Source of the DNA: Gammaproteobacteria bacterium
Lineage (GTDB): Bacteria > Pseudomonadota > Gammaproteobacteria > Eutrophobiales > Eutrophobiaceae
NCBI GenBank assembly: GCA_965215365.1
Contig: CBDCDS010000003.1
Location: 1,216,001 to 1,280,000 of the forward strand
Length of the DNA: 64,000 nt
Reading direction: 5' to 3'
Below, in pieces: positions 1 to 9,461 of the stretch. The translations under genes were made by a program, and so were the position numbers. Numbering within the stretch: the first letter of the stretch is position 1; each line of letters begins with the position of its first letter. Under the pieces are notes generated by a model. That model saw nothing but the letters and a program-made list of their open reading frames with translations. It did not search any database and was not told where the DNA came from.

Positions 1-672
1 CAGGCCTTCGTTGATTTCCGGCACCTCAATCTTGAACAGCTCGATCAGCAACTCCGGCGCAGTGCGGCTGAGTATCAACTGTGGCCCCCTGTGCTCAGGA
101 TCGATCGCGCGCAGGTAGGCGCGGATCTGATCCCGTGGGCGGATGGCTTCCCTGGGGATCAATTCATCCCGCAGGATAATACCTTCCGCGTTGCCGCCCA
201 AGTCCATGATGACGTTGCCTCGTTCCACTTTTTTTACAAAACCGATGACCATTTCACCCACCCGGTCAATATAGGCGTCGAACACCTGTTTGCGCTCGGC
301 CTCGCGCACTTTTTGCATGATGACTTGCTTGGCGCTTTGCGCGGCGATGCGCCCGAACTCCACTGACTTCATCGGTTCTTCGATAAAGTCCCCGACTTGC
401 AGTTCCTGCTGCTGTTTGCGGGCGTCGGACAGGTAAATCTGGCGCGATGGAAATTCCAGGGGTTCGGCACTGTCTTCGGCCACTTCCCACTGCCGGAAGG
501 TTTCGTAGTCTCCCGTTTCCTGGTCAATGGCAACGCGCACCTCAATATCCTCGCGCTGGCGCTTTTTCGTGGCACTGGCCAGCGCGGCTTCAATGGCCTC
601 GAAAATAATTCCCTTGCCAACGCCTTTTTCGTTGGACACCACATCCACAACCATCAGGATTTCTTTATTCAC
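1..672 (-). CDS. nusA: Transcription termination/antitermination factor NusA (runs off window start)
   Basis: Manual translation from GTG at 672: MNKEILMVVDVVSNEKGVGKGIIFEAIEAALASATKKR; lies downstream of rimP. Confidence 0.95.
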   Translation of the reverse strand, partial: MNKEILMVVDVVSNEKGVGKGIIFEAIEAALASATKKRQREDIEVRVAIDQETGDYETFRQWEVAEDSAEPLEFPSRQIYLSDARKQQQELQVGDFIEEPMKSVEFGRIAAQSAKQVIMQKVREAERKQVFDAYIDRVGEMVIGFVKKVERGNVIMDLGGNAEGIILRDELIPREAIRPRDQIRAYLRAIDPEHRGPQLILSRTAPELLIELFKIEVPEINEGL

Positions 673-707
673 TGTAATACCCTAACTCTTAACGCTTGTC
701 GGTCCGG

Positions 708-1220
708 TTACCGGGCACCTCTAAAAATGCCACGAAGGGAATTTTCAGAGGTTACCTGACTGTCATCCGGGCATAGTCTGGCCCGTTCTATGGCGGCCAG
801 GGGTACATGGAATTCCCGACCGGCTTCGTCCAGGATCACGGTCTGGCCGGTCACCCCCCGGATCTGGCCGGTAATGCGCTTGCGCTGCTCGATGGCCGCC
901 GATAATCTCACTTTTACCCGCTCCCCGATAAACTGCTCATACTGTGCCCCGGTGAATAACAGCCGCTCCAGACCGGGTGATGAAACTTCCAGCAGGTATT
1001 CCCCTGCGATCGGATCTTCCACATCAAGGATACCGGACAGGTGCCGGCTGACCCGTGTGCAGTCTTCCAGGGTGATGCCTGAGTCACTGTCGATGTAAAC
1101 CCGTAGCAGCGAACCCGGTCCCTGTGGCATAAGTTCAATGCCCCAGCACACATAGCCCAGGTCGGTAATGACAGGCCGCAGCAGCGTATCTAGGGTTAGC
1201 GTTTGTGTGTGTATCCCCAT
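708..1220 (-). CDS. rimP: Ribosome maturation factor RimP
   Basis: LRVYID..GITLEDC..VS, LEVSSPG motifs; metY-rimP-nusA order. Confidence 0.95.
   Translation of the reverse strand: MGIHTQTLTLDTLLRPVITDLGYVCWGIELMPQGPGSLLRVYIDSDSGITLEDCTRVSRHLSGILDVEDPIAGEYLLEVSSPGLERLLFTGAQYEQFIGERVKVRLSAAIEQRKRITGQIRGVTGQTVILDEAGREFHVPLAAIERARLCPDDSQVTSENSLRGIFRGAR
713..756. repeat. Family B palindromic repeat inside the rimP 3' end
   Basis: GGCACCTCTAAAAATGCCACGAAGGGAATTTTCAGAGGTTACC, near-identical to copy at 1728-1771. Confidence 0.8.
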
Positions 1221-1245
1221 GGCGTTGCTTTATGGCGCTGAAAAC

Positions 1246-1272
1246 AAAAAGTGGGCATAAAGCCCACTTTAT
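1246..1272 (-). promoter_or_regulatory. rimP leader hairpin
   Basis: AAAAGTGGGC-ATAAA-GCCCACTTTT just upstream of rimP start, resembles the known rimP leader motif. Confidence 0.7.
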
Positions 1273-1312
1273 TAAACCTATACCACGAAGCCCGCCACGG
1301 CCGTTGCCAGTA

Positions 1313-1550
1313 AGGCACCTCTAAAAATTAGAGGTGCCTTTGCAGCATAAGGATGTGCTGCCATTTTTAATCACGTCAGTGATTAAAAATGAAGGAAACG
1401 GAATGTCCCACTTTTTCGGGCATTTTTCCGTTTCCGTCTCACAAATCCGCCCGGAGCGCATTTGGACGTCCGCAGGACGCCCGCAGGGGGCGTCCCAAGG
1501 ATGGGACGCATCACAAAATGCCACGGAGGGCATTTTTAGATGGTCTCTAA
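1313..1550. mobile_element. Family B MITE-like element (composite)
   Basis: GGCACCTCTAAAAATTAGAGGTGCC end; internal blocks shared with 15514-15669, 25089-25167 and 53616-53647. Confidence 0.65.
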
Positions 1551-1588
1551 CAGCCGTCAGGGGGCTCGTTATGGTCTTCCTCAATGTT

Positions 1589-1665
1589 TGGTAGCGGGGG
1601 CAGGATTTGAACCTGCGACCTTCGGGTTATGAGCCCGACGAGCTGCCAAGCTGCTCCACCCCGCA
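1589..1665 (-). tRNA. metY: tRNA-fMet (CAT)
   Basis: Cloverleaf TGCGGGG...TCGGGCTCATAACCCGA...GGTTCAAATCC...CCCCGCTACCA; GGG/CCC anticodon stem and 1:72 mismatch typical of initiator tRNA. Confidence 0.97.
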
Positions 1666-1727
1666 ATCGAATTTCCGAGTATAAAACATGTTAACCCTAT
1701 ATTTCAAGTCCTCACTGCTGTTTTTTT

Positions 1728-1771
1728 GGTGACCTCTAAAAATGCCCTCCGTGGCATTTTTAGAGGCGCCC
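1728..1771. repeat. Family B palindrome that supplies the stop codon of the adjacent lipoprotein gene
   Basis: CCTCTAAAAATGCC-CTCCGT-GGCATTTTTAGAGG inverted repeat. Confidence 0.85.
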
Positions 1772-2314
1772 TTTTGCCTGTGCGATCAGATCGGCATTCG
1801 CCCTGCGTAATGCCGGGTATCTGGCGGCCAGCGAATTTGACTTCTGAGCCAGCGTCACAGCCTGTTGCCACAAGCCTTGCTCGAACTTCAGGGCTGCCAG
1901 ACGGTGCCAGAGCCAAGGGTTTTTCGGCTCCAGTCGCAGCGCCCGCTCGACGGAGCCGGCGGCGGCGTCCGGGTTTCCCTCGCTGACATGCACATCGGTG
2001 TCATCCAGCAACGCCAGCACGGCCGGATTCTCGCTGGGGCGCTGCCCCGCAGCCGGCATCCGGGTTGCGTCAGCGTCAGCGGGAGCGGGTAACTGCACCC
2101 ATTGTTCCTGGTCTTCAGCGGCCAGCGGTTGCCCGGCGGGGAAGTCCGCAGCCGGCGGCTCCCGGTCGGCTGGCTGCGGGGGCGGTGCAACCGGCGCCGG
2201 TACAGCCGTATCCGTGCTCTGCCGGTCCTCCACCGGCGCCTCGCGCACACCAGCGCACGCGCTGAGCAGCAGCGCAGCCAGAGTGAAAACTATTGCCCCG
2301 AGATTCACTGGCAT
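1760..2314 (-). CDS. TPR-containing lipoprotein
   Basis: Lipobox LSAC, Pro-rich linker, TPR (AAGSVERALRLEPKNPWLW); downstream of mrcB. Confidence 0.85.
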   Translation of the reverse strand: MPVNLGAIVFTLAALLLSACAGVREAPVEDRQSTDTAVPAPVAPPPQPADREPPAADFPAGQPLAAEDQEQWVQLPAPADADATRMPAAGQRPSENPAVLALLDDTDVHVSEGNPDAAAGSVERALRLEPKNPWLWHRLAALKFEQGLWQQAVTLAQKSNSLAARYPALRRANADLIAQAKGRL

Positions 2315-2344
2315 CCGGTAACGGACCAGGTTGGTGTCGCAGGA

Positions 2345-2455
2345 TCAGTCGTCGCTGGTGGTACGATCGCACCGCGCCAGGGTGCGCGCCAACCAAAGCA
2401 TAGCCATACCACCTAGCACCGCAGTGAGCGCGGCAGCAGCAAGAGCTGAATTCAT
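2345..2455 (-). CDS. 36-aa single-TM small protein
   Basis: MNSALAAAALTAVLGGMAMLWLARTLARCDRTTSDD; starts 1 nt after stop of preceding small ORF. Confidence 0.5.
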   Translation of the reverse strand: MNSALAAAALTAVLGGMAMLWLARTLARCDRTTSDD

Positions 2456-2456
2456 A

Positions 2457-2624
2457 TCATTTCTCCAGACATGCGGTTCCGATTAAAGCCAGACTGCCTA
2501 ATGTTATCATCGCGCTGAGCGGCGCCTGATCAACTGCGAGCGCCCCGTTCAGCAGACCCGCAGCCGCTACAATGACGCCAGCTTGACGCAGAGACGCGGC
2601 GAGGTGGTCGTAATTAATACCCAT
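2457..2624 (-). CDS. 55-aa two-TM small membrane protein
   Basis: MGINYDHLAASLRQAGVIVAAAGLL...LIGTACLEK; extended -10 (TGcTACACT) 6 nt before the ATG. Confidence 0.55.
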   Translation of the reverse strand: MGINYDHLAASLRQAGVIVAAAGLLNGALAVDQAPLSAMITLGSLALIGTACLEK

Positions 2625-2673
2625 CACACCAGTGTAGCATATAACAAGCCAGAGTGGACAAGTTATTCGCCGG

Positions 2674-4872
2674 TCAGCACGCCGGCAGTTCGGGTTTGAA
2701 GCCCAGGATATAGGGCAGGTGCGGGAAGCTGACGCAGGCGCCGGCGAAGGGTAGTCGCGCGCCTTCCAGGGTGCCGACACCCGGTGGCGGCAGCAACTCG
2801 ATGCGGCGCAAGTCCTGGCCCTTTACCATGTTGCCCCAGAGTCTTAACGCGCCGCTGGCGCCGGTCAGTCCGATAGGGTGATTGTCATCGTGGCCAAGCC
2901 AGACCACGCCGGCGACGTCATCGCCAAAACCGGCAAACCAGCTATCGCGTAAATCGTTGCTGGTGCCGGTCTTGCCGGCCAGCGGCAGTCGTTCCGGGAT
3001 GATGCGGCGCAGGTTACGCCCGGTGCCGCGGTTGACTGCCTGCACCATCAGATAGGCGCTCAGGTAAGCGGGTTCTGCGTGCAGTGCACGGCGTACTTCC
3101 AGGCCATAGCGCTGCACCGCCTCGCCGCGCCGGTCCAGCACTTCCCTGATAGTATTTACCGGTGCCAGAAACCCGCCGTTGGCCAGGGTTTGGTAGATCT
3201 GCGCGACCTGCAAGGGGGTGAGTTCCAGCGCCCCCAGCAGCAGCGCCGGGAACGGCTTGATGTCCTTGTCCACGCCGGCTTTGTGCAGCGTGGCAGCCAC
3301 CTGTTCCTCGCCAAGCTGGCGTCCCAGCCTGACCGTTGCCTTATTGTAAGACCGGGCCATGGCTTCCGGCAGACTGACCCGACCGTGATTCCTGCCATCA
3401 AAATTATCCGGGCTCCAGGACGAGCCGTCGGCCATGGTCACGGATACATCGCTGTCGTCCAGCATAGAGGCGAGTGAATAACGTTGGGGCTGGGCCAGAG
3501 CGGTGTAATACACGAATGGTTTCACCAGCGAGCCAATCGGACGTTGCGCCTGCAGCGCCCGGTTGAAACCAACGTATTGCGCATCCCTGCCTCCTGCCAG
3601 CGCCAGCACTGCGCCAGTGCTGGTTTCCACAAAAACGCTCGCAGCCTGTAACGACCCCGGGTGCAGCGCCCCGTTGCGTTCCAGCAACGGCAGTTGTTCA
3701 CGTAATACTTGTTCGATGTGGTCCTGGCGCCGGGTATCCAGGGTGGTGAAGATCCGCAGTCCCTTGCTGCGCAGGTCGCCGGCGGCATAGTCGCGGGACA
3801 ACTGCTGCTTGACCAGTTGCAGAAAAGCCGGGTATTTGCCGGATACCCAGCGCGGCCGGGCACTCAGGTCCAACGGTTGCGCCCGCGCCCGGCGCCACTC
3901 CTGCGCCTCAATGTAGCCCTGTTGATGCATCAGGTCCAATATCAGGTTGCGGCGTTGTTGGGCCCGTTCCACGTGCCGTCTCGGGTTATACCAGGAGGCG
4001 CCCTTCACCATGCCGACCAGCAGCGCCAGTTGATCCAGGCGCAATTCGTCTAACGGTCTGGCAAAATAGAACTCGGCGGCCGCGCCAAAACCATGCACAC
4101 TGCGTTGCCCCTGCTGTCCCAGATAAACCTCGTTCACATAGGCGCCCAGAATATCCTGCTTGCTGTAGCGCCGCTCCAGCAGCAACGCCATGATGGCCTC
4201 ATTCACTTTGCGGGTAATGCTGCGTTCCCGGGTTAAAAAAAAATTCTTGACCAGTTGCTGGGTGATAGTACTGCCGCCTTGCTCCAGTTCCCCCGCCATC
4301 AGGTTATGGAGCGCCGCGCGCAGGATGCTTCTCGGTTCGAGGCCGTAATGGTTGAAGTAGTCGCGGTCTTCCACCGCCAGCAACCCTCGGATAAGTGCCG
4401 CCGGCAGCTCGTGGTAGCCGACCAGAATGCGATCCTCGTAGTTGCCCGGAAAGATTTTGCCAATCAGCTCCGGTTCAATGCGCACCAGCGGGAGTGTCTG
4501 ACCCGCACTCAGGTCCAGGATCTGTGCGATTTCCCGGTTACGCACCTCGAGTCGCAGCCGCCGGCTGTCCCGGATGCCGTCCCAGTAATGGAATTCACGC
4601 CGTATGAACTCAATGCCGGTGCCGGAACGCCGGTAGTCGCCGGCTTGTACTGGCGCGGGTGTTTTGCGGTAACCTGAACCGAGCAGCAGTTGTTCGACCC
4701 GGTCGAGGCTGAGCTGCTGACCCGGATACAACTCAACCGGGTCGGCGTACACGCGCGCCGGCAGCGACCAACGGGCGCCGGTGAATTCCGATTGCACGCG
4801 CTGGTCCAGCCAGAGCACGTAAGCCGCGCTCAGGCTGAGCAGGATGATGACGATATGGATCAGCCTCGACAC
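2674..4872 (-). CDS. mrcB: Penicillin-binding protein 1B
   Basis: TM, UB2H, transglycosylase (EDRDYF.H.G, GGSTITQQLVKN), transpeptidase SxxK (SLVK), SxN (SYN), KTG. Confidence 0.95.
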   Translation of the reverse strand: MSRLIHIVIILLSLSAAYVLWLDQRVQSEFTGARWSLPARVYADPVELYPGQQLSLDRVEQLLLGSGYRKTPAPVQAGDYRRSGTGIEFIRREFHYWDGIRDSRRLRLEVRNREIAQILDLSAGQTLPLVRIEPELIGKIFPGNYEDRILVGYHELPAALIRGLLAVEDRDYFNHYGLEPRSILRAALHNLMAGELEQGGSTITQQLVKNFFLTRERSITRKVNEAIMALLLERRYSKQDILGAYVNEVYLGQQGQRSVHGFGAAAEFYFARPLDELRLDQLALLVGMVKGASWYNPRRHVERAQQRRNLILDLMHQQGYIEAQEWRRARAQPLDLSARPRWVSGKYPAFLQLVKQQLSRDYAAGDLRSKGLRIFTTLDTRRQDHIEQVLREQLPLLERNGALHPGSLQAASVFVETSTGAVLALAGGRDAQYVGFNRALQAQRPIGSLVKPFVYYTALAQPQRYSLASMLDDSDVSVTMADGSSWSPDNFDGRNHGRVSLPEAMARSYNKATVRLGRQLGEEQVAATLHKAGVDKDIKPFPALLLGALELTPLQVAQIYQTLANGGFLAPVNTIREVLDRRGEAVQRYGLEVRRALHAEPAYLSAYLMVQAVNRGTGRNLRRIIPERLPLAGKTGTSNDLRDSWFAGFGDDVAGVVWLGHDDNHPIGLTGASGALRLWGNMVKGQDLRRIELLPPPGVGTLEGARLPFAGACVSFPHLPYILGFKPELPAC

Positions 4873-4898
4873 GTTACTTGCGTGCAGCGTAGCTCAAC

Positions 4899-5597
<699 letters not shown>

Positions 5598-5843
5598 TTA
5601 ACCCGCAGATCTCACCGAGTGATGCGAAGATCGCGCCGGATTGGTTCTGCCTGCGGGTGCCTGCGCCCGAAACCATAGTGGTTCTCTGGTTGAACAAGCA
5701 CGTGCCCGCAGGCAGCACCAAGACCAGCGAGGGCGCATCAAGCGCAGTGGGTTATGCGGAAAGAGCAGCAGTATGATCATAACTTATTGAGAGCAATTAT
5801 GTTTCACAAGGCAACAAGCGACTGGGTGAGATATGCGGGTTAA
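5598..5843. mobile_element. Family A MITE, full copy (~246 bp)
   Basis: TIRs TTAACCCGCAGATCTCACC / GGTGAGATATGCGGGTTAA; homologous to 26766-27011 and 52077-52323; no transposase. Confidence 0.9.
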
Positions 5844-6192
5844 CCCGAGCGAATACAGAATCGACGCCTATACGCCTGATTCGATCAGCGTCGCCGGTAC
5901 GGCTTACACAGACAGCATTATAATCACACCGGCGGCGGTTATAGAAGGCAGATTACCGGAGCGAGCGCCGGCGCTGGTGCCAGCACATGTGCAAGGCTTG
6001 CTTGAGCACAGCCCCGAGGTGGTGTTGTTCGGCAGCGGCAAAACTCTCACTTTCCCCCCGGACGAGGCCTGTGAAATACTCTACCGACACCAAATCGGCT
6101 TTGAGATTATGGACACCGGCGCTGCTTGTCGGGCCTTCAATTTCCTCTCGGGGGAGGGACGCAAAGTGGTGGCGGCGCTGTTTTTAAGGTAA
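5833..6192 (+). CDS. Mth938-like (DUF498) protein
   Basis: PEVVLFGSG, EIMDTGAACRAFN.L..EGR.V.AAL. Confidence 0.9.
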   Translation: MRVNPSEYRIDAYTPDSISVAGTAYTDSIIITPAAVIEGRLPERAPALVPAHVQGLLEHSPEVVLFGSGKTLTFPPDEACEILYRHQIGFEIMDTGAACRAFNFLSGEGRKVVAALFLR

Positions 6193-6214
6193 CCTCTAAT
6201 TAATAGAGTTGACC
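6188..6214. repeat. Family B mini-palindrome between convergent genes
   Basis: GGTAACCTCTA-ATTAA-TAGAGTTGACC; contains the stop codon of the Mth938-like gene. Confidence 0.6.
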
Positions 6215-6255
6215 TTTTGTCACTTTCGGACATGAACTGCGGTATTTGTTGCAGC

Positions 6256-7005
6256 TCAGCGCGGGAGCTGTTTGCGCGGGTCTATCGGCTTGCCGTTCTT
6301 GCGAATTTCAAAGTGCAGCAGGGGCGCGCCTTTGCCGTCAACGCCCATTGTGGCTATCTGTTGTCCGGCTGTTACCGTTTGTCCTTCCTTTACCACCAGA
6401 TCGCGATTGTGCGCATACGCGCTCAGGTAAGTATGATTGTGCTTGATGATGACAAGGTTGCCATAGCCGCGTAACCCGTTGCCGCTGTAAACCACCACTC
6501 CCCCGGCTGCGGCCACGATTTTCTGACCGGCGCGCCCGCCGATGCTGATGCCCTTTTTCGCAATCGGGGTTGCAGACTTGAGCAACCTGCCGCGCACCGG
6601 CCAGCGCCAGCGCGGCGTGCCGGTGCCGGTTGTGGCCTTGGGCGGGCTGGCCCTGGGTTGCGGTTTGCGCCCGGCCTGGGGCTGCTGCCGGGCGGTTGTA
6701 GCCGCGGCGCCTTGTTGCCGTGAGGGTTGGAAGCGGATGACCTGCCCCGGATAGATGGTAAACGGCGCCTTGATCCGGTTCCAGGCCGCCAGGGTTTTAT
6801 GATCGTAGCCATAACGCCAGGCAATCGAGTACAAGGTGTCGCCTTTCACGACCGTATGTTGCGTGTGCTTGCCGCGCGCTGAAGACCTGCCGGCCGCGTC
6901 CGGCTTGCTGGCCTGGGAGGAAGAGACTGGCGCTTTCACCACGGCGCAAGAGGCCAGCCCGCCCAGTAGCAACAACAGCAGGCACAGGAGGCCAAATCTC
7001 AACAT
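6256..7005 (-). CDS. nlpD: NlpD-like lipoprotein (LysM + M23)
   Basis: Lipobox LASC, LysM VVKGDTLYSIA, M23 YGNLVIIKH, LHFEIR; follows surE-pcm. Confidence 0.9.
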   Translation of the reverse strand: MLRFGLLCLLLLLLGGLASCAVVKAPVSSSQASKPDAAGRSSARGKHTQHTVVKGDTLYSIAWRYGYDHKTLAAWNRIKAPFTIYPGQVIRFQPSRQQGAAATTARQQPQAGRKPQPRASPPKATTGTGTPRWRWPVRGRLLKSATPIAKKGISIGGRAGQKIVAAAGGVVVYSGNGLRGYGNLVIIKHNHTYLSAYAHNRDLVVKEGQTVTAGQQIATMGVDGKGAPLLHFEIRKNGKPIDPRKQLPR

Positions 7006-7015
7006 AAGGCCACCT

Positions 7016-7079
7016 CTAACCCGCAGGCAGAACCCATCCGGCGCGATCTTCGCATCACTTGGTGAGATCTGCAGGTTAG
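7016..7079. mobile_element. Family A MITE fragment
   Basis: CCGCAGGCAGAACCCATCCGGCGCGATCTTCGCATCACTTGGTGAGATCTGCAGGTTAG; overlaps the pcm stop codon. Confidence 0.85.
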
Positions 7080-7735
7080 CCCTGACCCTGAAGCATGGGT
7101 ACGAAACTGACCATATCCAGGTTTTTTTCCTTAAAGCCGCTATCCGTGCGGGTTACAGACAACAATTGCTGGGCGCCGCTGCGACCGATGGGGATGATCA
7201 GGCGCCCTCCTGTTGCCAGTTGCTCCAGCAGCGCCTCCGGGATGCTGGGGGGCGCGGCCGATACCAGGATACCCTGAAACGGCGCGTGTTCAGGCCAACC
7301 CTTGTTGCCGTCTCCGTGGCGCGCCTTGATATTACGGTAGCGCAGGTTATGAAACCGTTCCCGCGCGCCTGACAGCAGGGCATTGATCCGTTCAATGCTA
7401 TACACCTGGCACGCCAGTTGCGCCAGGATGGCAGTCTGGTAGCCGCAGCCAGTGCCAACTTCCAGTACCTTGTCTATATGTTTGCTTGCCGTCAGCGCCT
7501 CGGTCATACGCGCCACCACATAGGGTTGTGAAATAGTCTGGTTGTGACCTATGGGCAGGGAGGTATTATCGTAGGCGCGGCTGGCCAGCGCTTCGTCAAC
7601 GAAGATATGCCGGGGCGTGTTGCCAATGGCCGCCAGCACCGTTTCCGATGTTATGCCCATCTCCCGCAGCTGGTCTGTCAGGCGGTCCCGGGAACGCTGA
7701 GAGGTCATGCCGATGCCCTGAAAACTTCCTGACAT
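7076..7735 (-). CDS. pcm: Protein-L-isoaspartate O-methyltransferase
   Basis: QTISQPY, VLEVGTGCGYQTA, FVPM. Confidence 0.95.
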   Translation of the reverse strand: MSGSFQGIGMTSQRSRDRLTDQLREMGITSETVLAAIGNTPRHIFVDEALASRAYDNTSLPIGHNQTISQPYVVARMTEALTASKHIDKVLEVGTGCGYQTAILAQLACQVYSIERINALLSGARERFHNLRYRNIKARHGDGNKGWPEHAPFQGILVSAAPPSIPEALLEQLATGGRLIIPIGRSGAQQLLSVTRTDSGFKEKNLDMVSFVPMLQGQG

Positions 7736-7795
7736 GGTCAGCCTGTACTCAGGTCGATCCGGGCACTGTTTCCGGTTACATCCGACATAGCGAAA

Positions 7796-8551
7796 CTAAG
7801 CGGCGCCGGCCAGCCAGTCCCTGACTCCTGGCAAGGCATCATGGCGGGTCAGGTCCACTTGCAGCGGGGTAATGGAAACCTTGTTGGCGGCGATGGCGTA
7901 AAAATCCGTGCCGGGTCCCGCATCGGCGCCGGCGCCGGCCGGTCCCACCCGGTAAACGGTACGGTTGTCGGAGTCTGTCGTGCACAACATCGGTTCTGAC
8001 TTGTGGCGCTGACCAAGGCGGGTCACGACCATGCCGGCAAGTTCTGCAAGCGGCACATCCGGGATATTGACATTTAACAGCAGGTCATTATCGAGCGGGT
8101 CTGCGAGCAGCTTGCCGACCAGGCGGGTAATGACTGCCGCCGCAGTTTCATAGTGGGTCGGGTTCTCTCCTGCCAGCGACAGGGCGATGGCCGGTCGTCC
8201 CAAAAAGCGCCCTTCCATGGCCGCCGCCACCGTGCCCGAGTAGATCACATCATCACCCAAGTTGGCGCCATGGTTGACGCCGCTGAGCACCATATCCGGC
8301 ATGTCGTCCGCGGCCAGCAAACCTGTTATCGCCAGGTGTACACAGTCAGTGGGGGTGCCGTTGATATGGAAAAACCGCTCGGCGACCTGCTCTGTGTACA
8401 ACGGCGCATCCAGGGTCAGTGAGTTGCTGGCACCGCTCCGATTCCGATCCGGTGCCACCACGGTAATCTCACCGAACGCCTGCAGCTCCCGTCTCAATAC
8501 GTCCAGGCCGACAGCCTGATAGCCGTCGTCGTTGCTTAACAGAAAGTGCAT
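7796..8551 (-). CDS. surE: 5'/3'-nucleotidase SurE
   Basis: LLSNDDG, SGASNSLT, GTPTDCV, YSGTVAAA. Confidence 0.97.
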   Translation of the reverse strand: MHFLLSNDDGYQAVGLDVLRRELQAFGEITVVAPDRNRSGASNSLTLDAPLYTEQVAERFFHINGTPTDCVHLAITGLLAADDMPDMVLSGVNHGANLGDDVIYSGTVAAAMEGRFLGRPAIALSLAGENPTHYETAAAVITRLVGKLLADPLDNDLLLNVNIPDVPLAELAGMVVTRLGQRHKSEPMLCTTDSDNRTVYRVGPAGAGADAGPGTDFYAIAANKVSITPLQVDLTRHDALPGVRDWLAGAA

Positions 8552-8554
8552 GTC

Positions 8555-9460
8555 TCAGCCCTGGTCGAACAGAAACTCCAGCAGCGCTTTCTGCGCATGC
8601 AGGCGGTTGCCGGCCTCTTCCCAGACGACGCTGCGACTGCCATCAATGACTTCGGCGCTAACTTCGGCGCCGCGATAAGCGGGCAGGCAGTGCATGAAAA
8701 TCGCGTCCGGCGCGGCCTGGGCCATGAGCTGTTCGTTGACCTGGAACGGCCTGAACAAATCCTGTTTATCCTGCTCGTCTGCTTCCTGCTTCATGCTGTG
8801 CCAGGTATCAGTCACGATCAGGTCGGCCGCGGCCGCGGCCGCCAGCGGGTCTTCGCCCAGGCTCAGGTTGGCGCCGCCTTGCGCCACCATGGCGGCACTG
8901 GGGTGGCAGGCGGCAGGGCCGGCTACATGCAAGTGGAAGTCCATAATACGGGCGGCGTTAATCCAGGAGTTGCACATATTGTTGCCGTCGCCGAACCAGG
9001 CCACTTTTTTGCCTTGGATGGGACCTTTCAGCTCATAATACGTCTGCAGGTCTGCCAGCAACTGGCAGGGATGAAAGCTGTCCGACAAGCCGTTGATCAC
9101 CGGCACCGAGGAATATTCGGCAAAGCGGGTAATGCGTTCCTGGGCGAAGGTGCGTATCATCACGGCATCGACCATTTTCGATAATACCCTGGCAGTGTCC
9201 TCTATGGGTTCGCCGCGTCCCAACTGGCTGTCCCGGGGCGACAGGAACACGCTGTGTCCACCTAAGTGCGCCATTGCGGTTTCAAATGAAACCCGGGTAC
9301 GGGTGGAGGATTTTTCAAAGATCAGCGCCAGCACGCGGCCGGCGCAGGTCTGGCGCATCTGCCGCTGTTGAAAGGCCTGTTTGAGGTGACTGGCGCGCGC
9401 GATCAGCGTCTCGATTTCAGCCGCGCTGAGGTCCGCTAAGGTCAGGAAGTGGCGCGGCAT
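8555..9460 (-). CDS. argF: Ornithine carbamoyltransferase
   Basis: SSTRTRVSF, HPCQ, HCLP. Confidence 0.96.
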   Translation of the reverse strand: MPRHFLTLADLSAAEIETLIARASHLKQAFQQRQMRQTCAGRVLALIFEKSSTRTRVSFETAMAHLGGHSVFLSPRDSQLGRGEPIEDTARVLSKMVDAVMIRTFAQERITRFAEYSSVPVINGLSDSFHPCQLLADLQTYYELKGPIQGKKVAWFGDGNNMCNSWINAARIMDFHLHVAGPAACHPSAAMVAQGGANLSLGEDPLAAAAAADLIVTDTWHSMKQEADEQDKQDLFRPFQVNEQLMAQAAPDAIFMHCLPAYRGAEVSAEVIDGSRSVVWEEAGNRLHAQKALLEFLFDQG

Positions 9461-9461
9461 C

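Noticed and set aside
1589-1780. tRNA-Met as an island integration site
   Set aside because: No adjacent integrase and no duplicated tRNA 3' end seen.
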